A stretch of DNA of 59,818 nt from Balanoglossus misakiensis. Its lineage: Eukaryota > Animalia > Hemichordata. The translations under genes and the position numbers were made by a program. Below the pieces are notes generated by a model. That model saw only the letters and a program-made list of their open reading frames with translations, made no database searches and was not told the origin of the DNA. The stretch is from NCBI GenBank assembly GCA_040954595.2, contig JBECUI020000052.1, positions 1 to 59,818 on the forward strand, in the 5' to 3' direction. The number at the start of each line of letters is the position of its first letter. Position 1 is the first letter of the stretch. Of this stretch, positions 20,815 through 29,836 are shown piece after piece.

Positions 20815-22710
20815 ATGGATAAGGTTTCTGAATTAGTGGATAGGCTAAATACTGCGAGAGAGGCCTACTATCTTGGTGAGGAATCGTTGCTTTCCGATGC
20901 TGAGTTTGATCTTCTAGAAAACCAACTTCAGGAACTATCCCCTAACAACCCATATTTTTTAACCCTGGGTTCTCCAATCCAAGAAGGAAGAAAAATCACG
21001 CATCAGTTTCCTATGCTTTCCATGAACAAGGTAAAAAAGCTGGTGGAATTGGAGAAGTGGTTTACCAGACTAGCACTCCCAAAAGACAGCCCTTACTGCC
21101 TCCAGCCTAAAGTTGATGGACTATCGGCCACAGCCCTTTATCGAGAGGGCAAACTCCGGTATCTGGCCACCCGGGGGGATGGTACGGTGGGGCAGGACAT
21201 CAGCCATATTCTACCTTATGTAAAGGAAATTCCAGAAAAATTCTCTGCCTCCGGTAACACTCTGGAAGTTCGTGGGGAGCTCTATCTTCCCAAAAGCACT
21301 CCCTATGATACGGGAGGAAAGCCCTTGCGGAACAACTGTGTGGGGCTAGTGAATCGTAAAGAAGAAAGGGAAGATCTTCGGTACGTCCGCTTCCTGGCCT
21401 ATCAAATCATACGACAGAGAGGGGACCCTGCAATTCCCTTTTCCGAGGCAGAGAACATTGAACTCCTCTCCAGGGAAAAGTTTACTGTTGTTCCCTACTG
21501 GCAGGTCAGTACTCCGGAAGAAATACGAAACATCTATCAGCAATACCTGGATCTCCTCCGTGCGGAATGGGATTTCGAGACGGATGGTCTGGTTCTTACT
21601 GTGGACGACAGTCGTCTTTTTTCCGAGATTGATGGGCGCTGGGTGGTCAATCGCTTTCATCACTATGCCGTGGCCATAAAGGCCCCCGTCGAAGGCTTAG
21701 CCACCAAACTCCTTAATGTGGATTGGCAGGTCAGCCGTCAAGGGTCTCTTACTCCCGTGGCTATTTTTGAACCCATTGTTATTGGCGGGGCTACTCTGGA
21801 AAGGGCCAGCCTCCACAACCTACAGAATCTGCGCCGGTTGAATCTGCGCCGAGGGACTCGTATCCTTGTAGAGCGTGCCAACGATGTTATCCCCTATGTT
21901 CGGGAGAATCTGGATAATATCATGGAAGGCCAGGACCATGTGGACCCTGATTTGATCATCGATGCCTGTCCTTCCTGCCATAGTCCCCTGGAAGAAGCAG
22001 GAGTCCTCTTGTGTTGCCGGAACAGTAAATGCCCGGGAAAGCTGCTTCAGGGCATTCTTTATTGGGTCCGTCAGGCAGGCATTGAGCAGGTGGCTTACAA
22101 GACTTTGGAGGCCCTGTACAAGGCTGGTAAACTTAGGTCGATTAAGGATCTTTACACCCTGAGTGCCAAGGATTTTGAAGGTCTCGAAGGTTTTGCTGAA
22201 AAAAAGATTGCTAATTTTCTCAGCCAGACCGCTGCTGCCAAGGAAATGAGTGCTATAGACCTGATCAGCCGTTTGGGGATACCCCTGGTGCAAAAGAGAT
22301 CCCTGGTTCGTCTGGGAATAAGGAGTTTGGAAGATTTTCGGCTATTTAATGATGATACCTACGTTATGGGCCGCAACATCCTAACCTGGAAGAATGATCC
22401 AGGAAATATGGATTTTCTAGATAAGTTGTTGGAGGTCGTAGTCATTCACGAGGAGTTTTCTGCTCGGCAAGGAATTCTCTGTCTTACCGGGAAGTCCCCC
22501 CTTCCTCGAAAGACTCTCGTAAGTCTACTTGAACAAAGGAGTTGGATGGTGTCCGATACCGTAACAAAGTCTACAGTGCTGCTGCTCTGCGAAGACCCTA
22601 AAGGAAGTTCGGCTAAAATAAAGAAGGCCCAAAAAGAACAGATTAAGATACTGAGCTACCAGGAATTTTTTGACCAGGAGGGTATATCAATCTCTGAGGT
22701 TTCCAAGTGA
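20815..22710 (+). CDS. ligA: NAD-dependent DNA ligase
   Basis: QPKVDG adenylation motif, ATRGDG, OB fold, Zn finger (CPSC..C..C), BRCT. Confidence 0.95.
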   Translation: MDKVSELVDRLNTAREAYYLGEESLLSDAEFDLLENQLQELSPNNPYFLTLGSPIQEGRKITHQFPMLSMNKVKKLVELEKWFTRLALPKDSPYCLQPKVDGLSATALYREGKLRYLATRGDGTVGQDISHILPYVKEIPEKFSASGNTLEVRGELYLPKSTPYDTGGKPLRNNCVGLVNRKEEREDLRYVRFLAYQIIRQRGDPAIPFSEAENIELLSREKFTVVPYWQVSTPEEIRNIYQQYLDLLRAEWDFETDGLVLTVDDSRLFSEIDGRWVVNRFHHYAVAIKAPVEGLATKLLNVDWQVSRQGSLTPVAIFEPIVIGGATLERASLHNLQNLRRLNLRRGTRILVERANDVIPYVRENLDNIMEGQDHVDPDLIIDACPSCHSPLEEAGVLLCCRNSKCPGKLLQGILYWVRQAGIEQVAYKTLEALYKAGKLRSIKDLYTLSAKDFEGLEGFAEKKIANFLSQTAAAKEMSAIDLISRLGIPLVQKRSLVRLGIRSLEDFRLFNDDTYVMGRNILTWKNDPGNMDFLDKLLEVVVIHEEFSARQGILCLTGKSPLPRKTLVSLLEQRSWMVSDTVTKSTVLLLCEDPKGSSAKIKKAQKEQIKILSYQEFFDQEGISISEVSK

Positions 22711-23654
22711 AGGGGACCTACCTGCCTCAAAGGGCTCTGATTACTGGAGGTTCCAGCGGCATGGGCTTGGCCATTGCCAAGGTTCTGGCCGCCAGAGGCA
22801 CGCAGATCATCCTTGTGGCTCGGCGAAAGGATATCTTGGATGAGGCTGTCCGGGGCTGTCTTGCCGTGGCTCCAAAGGAAGGCCGGATATGTGGATTGGC
22901 AGTGGACGTTGGCGATGCCTTGGCGCTCAATCGAGAACTTCTTCCCCTTTTGGAAGAAAGGGGAACCCCAGATTTTGTGGTCTCTGGGGCAGGAGCCTGC
23001 CGTACAGACTATTTTGAAAACCTTAACCTGGAAGATTTTGAGGTCATGGTAAACGTGAACCTGCGGGGCCACTGGAATTTAATGCAGCTTATCGTTCCCC
23101 GTATGAGGGCCGCTGGAGGGGGGAGGGTTGTATTTATTTCTTCCCAAGCTGCGCTGATGGGCTGGTTTGGTATGACAGCCTATTCGGCCACCAAATTTGC
23201 CATTCACGGTTTTGCCGAATCTTTAAGGAACGAGGTAAGGCCTCAGGGCATCTTGGTCCAGCTCTTTCTGCCCGCTGACGTGGATACCCCAGGTTTTAGA
23301 GAAGAAAACCAGCGAAAGCCCTATGAAGGAATGGTCATTGCCGGCAATTCCTCCCAGGTCTTCTCCCCAGAATTCATGGCCAGAAAGCTCCTGCGTCAGG
23401 TAAAAACAAGGAAGTTTCTGATCATCCCCAATGCTTATGGTCGCTTGGTTTCGGTGGTGATACGGCTTTTTCCCTGGCTGGGGCGAGTAATCATTGATGC
23501 GGATGTCAAAAAAGCGCAGAAGCAATTGGCCACAGGAAAAGTCGATATGGAAGCTCTGAGAAGCATAGGGGTGGCCTCAGGAGGACGTTCAGGGAGTAGG
23601 GGAGAGGGAAGAACTGAGAGCGGAGAAGAAAGAGAACCTAAACCTACACGATAG
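22707..23654 (+). CDS. SDR oxidoreductase, 3-ketodihydrosphingosine reductase (KDSR)-like
   Basis: ITGGSSGMG, YSATKFA, PADVDTPGFREENQRKP. Confidence 0.75.
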   Translation: MKGTYLPQRALITGGSSGMGLAIAKVLAARGTQIILVARRKDILDEAVRGCLAVAPKEGRICGLAVDVGDALALNRELLPLLEERGTPDFVVSGAGACRTDYFENLNLEDFEVMVNVNLRGHWNLMQLIVPRMRAAGGGRVVFISSQAALMGWFGMTAYSATKFAIHGFAESLRNEVRPQGILVQLFLPADVDTPGFREENQRKPYEGMVIAGNSSQVFSPEFMARKLLRQVKTRKFLIIPNAYGRLVSVVIRLFPWLGRVIIDADVKKAQKQLATGKVDMEALRSIGVASGGRSGSRGEGRTESGEEREPKPTR

Positions 23655-23870
23655 GCAATCATTTTTCTCCAGTAACTTCCTTGATGCTATACCCCCTGAT
23701 TCGGTAGGGAGGGGCTTCCTTGAGGGTTTTACTGCAATCCTGTGGGAATTTCGAGCTGCTTTTTTTCCCCTGGACTGAATAAATCTACCCTCTATCCAGC
23801 TAGGGCTAAAGTTTCTTCCATGGACAAATCCTCCCTACAGGCAAGTATGCTTTACAGGACTTGGGAAAAT

Positions 23871-24683
23871 TCATGCCATTGACATCGAACTCAAGAAGAA
23901 GAAAAGCAGAAGATGAAAGCCTTCTCCAAGTTCTATGCTCATCCCCAGGGTGTCTCCTGTGTAAGCTCCAATTTTCCTTTTATAAGCCCCACCGGCAACA
24001 AGACAGGCGGCTGGAATGGCCAGGAAGCACAGCAGCTGCCTTCCTCCAAAATTTTCAATGCTTCTTGAAAAAAAGGAGCAGAGGATTATTACAGGAGCAA
24101 GTGCAAGGATGCTGCCCAGAACAGCATGAAAAATGGAACTACCGGAGAGCAGGGCTCCCAGCCCTCGGGAACTTGCAGGCTTGAGCAGACAGGGAATAAA
24201 GGACGCAGCGATGCGCCCCGAAATAGGATAGGAAAAGAGCAGCCCTGCCCATGCAAGCTGGCTTTGTTCTTTGAGGGGGAAGACCAGATTAAGTCCTCGG
24301 GCCAGCAAGTAGAGCTTGGTCATAAGGTAGATCGTGCCGACGAACAGGGCAAAAGTCCCCACAGAAGCATCTTTAAGAATTTCAAGACGTTTTGCTCTGT
24401 CTTTGAAAACCAGAAGGGCATCCGCACTGTCTAGGAGTCCGTCAAAGTGAAAAATATTGAAAAAACCATACTGGAAGAGCAAGAGGACCACGGCACTGAG
24501 AAAGTCATCTTTTATAACAAAAAATGCGGCCGCCCCCGTCACTCCTATCAGAACGGTTACCAGGATTCCCACAAACGGAAGGAAGAAAACCGCATAGCGG
24601 TAAACAGCTTCTCTCGGCATTTTTATAGGAATGCGGCTTGTCAGGGCCAAGGTACTCAGAAAGGAATCAAAAAATTTCCTCAT
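23871..24683 (-). CDS. cobS: Adenosylcobinamide-GDP ribazoletransferase (cobalamin synthase)
   Basis: HFDGLLDSAD, LEILKD..VGTF, IGAYTGDTLG; membrane protein. Confidence 0.92.
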   Translation of the reverse strand: MRKFFDSFLSTLALTSRIPIKMPREAVYRYAVFFLPFVGILVTVLIGVTGAAAFFVIKDDFLSAVVLLLFQYGFFNIFHFDGLLDSADALLVFKDRAKRLEILKDASVGTFALFVGTIYLMTKLYLLARGLNLVFPLKEQSQLAWAGLLFSYPISGRIAASFIPCLLKPASSRGLGALLSGSSIFHAVLGSILALAPVIILCSFFSRSIENFGGRQLLCFLAIPAACLVAGGAYKRKIGAYTGDTLGMSIELGEGFHLLLFFFLSSMSMA

Positions 24684-25387
24684 GTCTCCAGACTCCTCTT
24701 GCTCTTGACTAGGTTATTGTGTTGCAACAGTCGATCGAGGAGTTCCAGCATGGGTGATAGTTTTTTGTAATCAAAAATCTCAATGGTGATGACTCCGGTA
24801 AATCCTTTCAAAAAAGGAACTATTTCTACAAACCAGTTTTCTGTCTCTTCCCAAGGCTGGTGGTCCCTTCCTCCCTTGACGCCGTGAAGATGGATCTCTT
24901 TCAGCCGATCTTTGTTGCGATAAAGGAAATCCCCTGGATTCTGTCCATCCAGAAGAAGATGCCCTGTGTCAGCACATAAGGCCAAGTCCTCAGGAAGCCA
25001 GCCCAGGGTTTCCAGGGAGTTCCCGGGCACATTTTCCAGGAGAAAAACCCTGCCGTAAACTTCCTGCCATTTCTGGAGTTTTTCTAAAAATTCTTCCCGC
25101 TCCCTTTGAGGTGGGTGCAGCACAAAATGCTCGGCAATGGGACTGAGCTTATCCAAGAGGAACTGGCAGTCAACCTGAAGGGAATCGGGAAGATGAACGG
25201 AATAGGTAAATCTTTCTGCCTGGGCCTTAATTCCTGATAGTTCTTTTATGAGTAGGGATTTATCCTCTTTGTTAAAAGTAAAGAATAACAATTCTACATG
25301 CTTGACCCTGCTATCTTCTTCCAAAAATTTAAGGTTTTCCAGGTAGGTTCCTGGAATGACGTAAGAGGGAAGGGCAAGTCGTGCCAT
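24680..25387 (-). CDS. cbiR: Cobamide remodelling phosphodiesterase CbiR-like (AP endonuclease 2 TIM barrel)
   Basis: PSYVIPG..LEN, VELLFF, SVHLP, LLEN, CADTGH, EIHLHG...DH, TIEIF metal ligands; lies between cobU and cobS. Confidence 0.75.
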   Translation of the reverse strand: MARLALPSYVIPGTYLENLKFLEEDSRVKHVELLFFTFNKEDKSLLIKELSGIKAQAERFTYSVHLPDSLQVDCQFLLDKLSPIAEHFVLHPPQREREEFLEKLQKWQEVYGRVFLLENVPGNSLETLGWLPEDLALCADTGHLLLDGQNPGDFLYRNKDRLKEIHLHGVKGGRDHQPWEETENWFVEIVPFLKGFTGVITIEIFDYKKLSPMLELLDRLLQHNNLVKSKRSLET

Positions 25388-25397
25388 AAGAGAAATC

Positions 25398-25880
25398 TTA
25401 TTTAATCCTTACCGGGATACCTGAAAACATCACATAGACCTGGTCCATTGCTTGGGCTATCTGACTATTGGCAGAGGAGAGGGCTTCGTTATACCCCCTA
25501 CTCATGGGATCAAAAGGAATATTTCCCATGCTGGTTTCGTTGCTGACAATGACGGTGTGGGGGTAAAGACCCTGAAGAAAAATCTCCAGAATCGGTTGCC
25601 ATTGCTCTTGCATGTTGTGAAAAAAAATATTGTTCATCCAAAGAGTTACGCAATCTAGCACCAGATAATCGTGAAGATGCTTCTGAATAAAGATTGGTTC
25701 TTCTATGGTAAGGAACTCCTTTCCCCGTTCTTCTTTATGCCTTTGTATCTTCTCTTTCATTTCCTCATCGAAGGCCGTGGCGGTTGCCAGGAAATATTTT
25801 TCTCCCTTCCATTCCCTGGTAAAGCGCAGGGCCTGGAGGCTTTTCCCAGACTTTACGCCTCCGCTTATTAGTATTTTCAT
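25398..25880 (-). CDS. cobU: Adenosylcobinamide kinase / phosphate guanylyltransferase
   Basis: SGGVKSGKS, ATA.AFDEEM..KI..H..ER, DCVTLW, VSNE. Confidence 0.93.
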   Translation of the reverse strand: MKILISGGVKSGKSLQALRFTREWKGEKYFLATATAFDEEMKEKIQRHKEERGKEFLTIEEPIFIQKHLHDYLVLDCVTLWMNNIFFHNMQEQWQPILEIFLQGLYPHTVIVSNETSMGNIPFDPMSRGYNEALSSANSQIAQAMDQVYVMFSGIPVRIK

Positions 25881-25889
25881 CTATCTTCC

Positions 25890-26687
25890 TTAGAAGGCCG
25901 CTTCCATCCATGAAGGGACGGGGAGGATTTTTAGCTTGTCTGTGCCGGTAAAGCGGTTTATCTGAACCCTGGTACCATAGGCTTTTTCCAGGTTCTCCTT
26001 ATTGAGCACTTCTTCGGGACTGCCTTGTTTTTGAATTCGGCCGTCGCAAAGCAAGACGACCCTGTCGGAATAGAGGGCCGTGAGTGTCAGGTCGTGAAGG
26101 CAGAGAACCACCGCAAGACCCCCGGCGGCAAAGGTCCGTACCGTATCCATTACCTCCAGTTGGTGGCGGATGTCCAGGTGGGCAACAATCTCGTCTAAAA
26201 CCAGCAATCGGGGTTCCTGAGCAATGGCCCGGGCAAGAATGGCTCTCTGGGCCTCTCCTCCAGAAAGCGTGTCGATTCTCCGGTTCCTTAAGTCTTGAAG
26301 CTCGGTTAGAATCAGGGCCTCTTCTACCTTGTCTTTATCCTCAGAGCTATAGGGTAAAATCCATCCTCGGTGAACAAAACGCCCCATAAATACAACTTCT
26401 TCCACCGTAAAGGACCAGGCTAGTGCTTCGTTTTGTCGGACACAGGCCACCGCTCTGGCGTATTGTCTGGCTCCAATCTGCCAGAGATCTCGACCTTCCC
26501 ACTCAATCCGGCCATTTCCCGGTCGTAACCCCCGGCAGATTACCTTGGCCAAACTTGTTTTCCCGGTGCCGTTTGGACCAATCAAAACCAGAACTTCTCC
26601 TGGAAACACAGACAAAGATAGTTCTTTGATTACCTGGATTTTTCCATATCCTGCACTGACATTCTCTAGGTGAAGCAGAGGTCTCAT
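25890..26687 (-). CDS. btuD: Cobalamin ABC transporter ATP-binding protein
   Basis: GPNGTGKT, LSGGE, LLVLDE; operon context. Confidence 0.85.
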   Translation of the reverse strand: MRPLLHLENVSAGYGKIQVIKELSLSVFPGEVLVLIGPNGTGKTSLAKVICRGLRPGNGRIEWEGRDLWQIGARQYARAVACVRQNEALAWSFTVEEVVFMGRFVHRGWILPYSSEDKDKVEEALILTELQDLRNRRIDTLSGGEAQRAILARAIAQEPRLLVLDEIVAHLDIRHQLEVMDTVRTFAAGGLAVVLCLHDLTLTALYSDRVVLLCDGRIQKQGSPEEVLNKENLEKAYGTRVQINRFTGTDKLKILPVPSWMEAAF

Positions 26688-27715
26688 AGAGCTCCCTTCC
26701 CGGAAACATGTCTGGTTTTGAGCAGTACCAAAAAGAAAGGTGCTCCCAGAATGGAGGTCAATATTCCCACCGGGAGTTCCGTTGGGGCAAGGAGAGTTCG
26801 GGCAAGAATGTCGGCCAAAACCAGAAGCACGGCTCCTCCAATGGCCGCACCAGGCATGAGGGTTCGGTGAGAGGGGCCGAAGACAAGACGTGCAGAATGG
26901 GGGGCTAAAAGTCCTACAAAACCGATAATACCGCCTATTGCCACCGCCGCTGCGGTGGTCATGGAGGCAGCGACTACAATCAGAAATCTTGTAAGGCTAA
27001 TGCCTAGCCCCATGGTCTCGGCAGATTCCTCACCGAAGGCTAAAATATCTAAAGGTCGTGCCAGAAAGAAGAGCATGAGGGCACCGGGAAGCATAAAGGG
27101 GAGTATGCCCATCAGTTGATCTCCCTGTTTGGCCCCAAAGCCGCCCAGAAGCCAGTAAAATATCTGATTAAGTTCCTGATCCCGGACCACCATAACAAGA
27201 GAAACCAGAGCTGAGAGAAGGGAACTTAAGGCCGATCCGGCAAGAAGCAGAGAAAGCGTGGAGTTTTTTCGCCCCGTACTGCCCACAAGGTAGACAAGAG
27301 AAACCGCAAGGAGGGAGCCGAAAAAAGCCGCAGTGGGAAGGATGAAAAACTTTGGCTTCAGGGCAATGACCAAGGCGGCTCCCAGGGCAGCTCCTGAGCT
27401 GGCTCCAATGACAAAGGGGTCGGCAAGAGGATTTCTAAAAAGTCCCTGAAAAGCGGTGCCAGACAGGGCCAAGGCCGCCCCTACCACGGCAGCAAGAACC
27501 GAACGACCCAATCTGAGCTTTGCAATGATAATCCGGGTTGTTTCCTGTGCCCTTGCTTCTTCCCCTGAAGGAAAAATGTTAGGGAGCAGGGCCGATGCAA
27601 TCTCAGCCAGACTCAGATCTACAGCTCCAACAGCCAAACTCAGCAGAAAGGCAGCCATAAGCATAAGGAGAAGAATCAGATATTTTCCCCCCTTGGAAAT
27701 GCGAGATAAAATCAT
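26684..27715 (-). CDS. btuC: Cobalamin ABC transporter permease (FecCD family)
   Basis: FQGLFRNPLADP, GIIGFVGL, ELPVGILT..LGAPFF. Confidence 0.88.
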   Translation of the reverse strand: MILSRISKGGKYLILLLMLMAAFLLSLAVGAVDLSLAEIASALLPNIFPSGEEARAQETTRIIIAKLRLGRSVLAAVVGAALALSGTAFQGLFRNPLADPFVIGASSGAALGAALVIALKPKFFILPTAAFFGSLLAVSLVYLVGSTGRKNSTLSLLLAGSALSSLLSALVSLVMVVRDQELNQIFYWLLGGFGAKQGDQLMGILPFMLPGALMLFFLARPLDILAFGEESAETMGLGISLTRFLIVVAASMTTAAAVAIGGIIGFVGLLAPHSARLVFGPSHRTLMPGAAIGGAVLLVLADILARTLLAPTELPVGILTSILGAPFFLVLLKTRHVSGKGAL

Positions 27716-27717
27716 TT

Positions 27718-28686
27718 CTAAGGGAAAACTTCCGGATGAAGGGTTTGGGCAATTTGCTCCAGAGCCTCCACAAGCCTAGGACCGGGCCTGGAAACCAAAT
27801 CCCCGTCAAACAAGTATAGTCTCCCAGTCCTTACAGCACTCAGCTCCTGCCAGCCCGGCCGATCCTGGAGCTGTTTCTGTGTGAACTTTTCTTTGTGCTG
27901 ATCGGAACTTAACAGGACTTCTGGATCTCTCCGCAGTAGTTCTTCCAAACTGATTTGCGGCCAGGACTCTTTTAGTTCAGAGAAAATGTTAATCCCCCCG
28001 GCTTTTTTGATGAGTTGACCGGTAAAGGTCAAGGGACCAGCCGTCATTAAGGGACTATCGTAAATCTCCCAAAACACCCTGGGACGCTGCCCCTGGGGAA
28101 TATTAGCGATTTTTTCCTCTATCCGAGACATACGAACTTTCATCTCGGCAAGAAGGGCCAGGGATCGGCTCCGATTTCCGGTGGCACGGCCTACAATCTC
28201 AATATTTCTGAAGCAGTCTTCAAAGGTTGTGTTCGTGGTCCACAGAACAGCAAGGCCAAGATCTTCCAGGTTTTTCCCCACCGGAGCATGCACAGAAGCA
28301 TCAACAAGAACAAGTTCTGGCTGCAATGAAAGGATTTTTTCTATGCTGATCGTTCCAGAGATAAAGCCCCCTACCTTTTCGATTTCCAGGGCTTCCTTCG
28401 GATAATTGCAGTAGTCTGTGACCCCTATGACTGTATGTCCAGCCCCTACGGCAAACAAGATCTCTGTAAGGGCGGGAGAAAGCGAAACAATTTTTTTCGG
28501 AGGAGATTCCAGATGGAGCACCCTCCCCGTGGAGTCCGTGAGTCTGAGCGGGAAGCTCTCTTCTTGGGCCTGAAGGTTCTGGACCCTTAGAAGAAGAACA
28601 AGGACTAAGAGAAATTTTGCCGAGAGGAAAAGCAAGGGGTAGCGAAATTTCATGGCTTCTCCTTTAGATGGAGAATAAACCTCCAC
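27718..28686 (-). CDS. btuF: Cobalamin-binding periplasmic protein
   Basis: IVSLSPALTEILFAVG, GVTDYCNYP, SRPGPRL; directly downstream of the riboswitch. The true start may be the internal ATG (MKFRY). Confidence 0.88.
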   Translation of the reverse strand: MEVYSPSKGEAMKFRYPLLFLSAKFLLVLVLLLRVQNLQAQEESFPLRLTDSTGRVLHLESPPKKIVSLSPALTEILFAVGAGHTVIGVTDYCNYPKEALEIEKVGGFISGTISIEKILSLQPELVLVDASVHAPVGKNLEDLGLAVLWTTNTTFEDCFRNIEIVGRATGNRSRSLALLAEMKVRMSRIEEKIANIPQGQRPRVFWEIYDSPLMTAGPLTFTGQLIKKAGGINIFSELKESWPQISLEELLRRDPEVLLSSDQHKEKFTQKQLQDRPGWQELSAVRTGRLYLFDGDLVSRPGPRLVEALEQIAQTLHPEVFP

Positions 28687-28774
28687 TTGGGCAGGGAAAA
28701 AACTCGGAAAAAATCACAATAAACTGTTGAATTAACCATACGTTCACCTTCCTCGAGGTATCGGTTTTAGATTT

Positions 28775-28892
28775 GTGTAGGGAAGGTTATCTGACTTACC
28801 AGAATTCTCAAATTCCAGATACAGTTGCGGGACAGTGCCGGATTCTCACCAGCTTTCCCTTCTTTTGTCTAAGGTCGTGACGTTCCTACACG
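28775..28892 (-). ncRNA. Cobalamin (AdoCbl) riboswitch
   Basis: Minus strand AGGGAAAGCTGGTGAGAATCCGGCACTGTCCCGCAACTGTA...AAGTCAGATAACCT (B12 box); P1 gtgtagg/cctacac; upstream of btuF. Confidence 0.92.
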
Positions 28893-29022
28893 CTGGTCTT
28901 TCAGTTTGCCTGTTGATAAAAATCTTGTCCAGCCATAACAGCAAGGCCCTCTTAGTCTTAGTCCATAGCTTTAGATTGTGTTCAGCAGTTACAGAATTTC
29001 TAACCTGAGTGAGTACCGGGCC

Positions 29023-29745
29023 CTATCCATCGTTTTTCCCCTTCTGAGATCCTATCTCATCGGGAAGCATCCAATTGATGGGCTTGAGATTTCTGGCAAC
29101 GAGAGCATCATTGGTTCGCGAAAAGGGTCTGGAGCCAAAAAAACCCCGATGTGCCGAGAGGGGTGAGGGGTGGGAAGAGCTGATTATTAGATGGCGGGTT
29201 CTATCGATGGAGGCCCCCTTCTTCTGAGCATAGGAACCCCAAAGAATAAAGACCAACCCGTCCTTATTCTCATTGAGCAGGTTCACTATCTGATCGGTGA
29301 ATCTTTCCCAACCCTTTCCCTGGTGGGAAGCCGCCCTGTATTGTTCCACGGTGAGCACTGAGTTTAACAGGAGTACACCCTGCTGCGCCCAAGGTACAAG
29401 CCAGCCATGCCCTGCGGCAGGAATGCCCAGATCGTCTTCGAGCTCCTTATAGATGTTCACTAGAGAGGGGGGCAGGGGGATCTCAGGCCGGACAGAAAAA
29501 GACAGACCATGCGCCTGGCCTGGATTATGGTAGGGATCCTGCCCGAGAATGACCACCCTTACCTCCTTTAAAGGAGTTAGATTCAGAGCTGCGAAAATTT
29601 CCGGCCCTGGAGGGAAAATCTTCTTGCCCTGTTGTTTTTCCTGAAGAAGGAAAAGGCGTAGTTTCTCTATGTAGTCTTTTTTAAATTCAGGTGCTAGATG
29701 TTTCAACCAACTAGGAGACAGCCTGATGGGACGTTCGGTGTTCAT
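29023..29745 (-). CDS. ung: Uracil-DNA glycosylase (family 1)
   Basis: GQDPYH, PPSL.NIYKEL, GVLLLN, HPSPLSA; likely start at ATG 29745 rather than 29871. Confidence 0.96.
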   Translation of the reverse strand: MNTERPIRLSPSWLKHLAPEFKKDYIEKLRLFLLQEKQQGKKIFPPGPEIFAALNLTPLKEVRVVILGQDPYHNPGQAHGLSFSVRPEIPLPPSLVNIYKELEDDLGIPAAGHGWLVPWAQQGVLLLNSVLTVEQYRAASHQGKGWERFTDQIVNLLNENKDGLVFILWGSYAQKKGASIDRTRHLIISSSHPSPLSAHRGFFGSRPFSRTNDALVARNLKPINWMLPDEIGSQKGKNDG

Positions 29746-29836
29746 GATATGCCAAGAGTAACATATTATGAGTGAGAATTTGAAATCCCTAGGCGGGAAA
29801 GCTCTAGACTTTGCCATCCGAACAACAATAAAAGTC

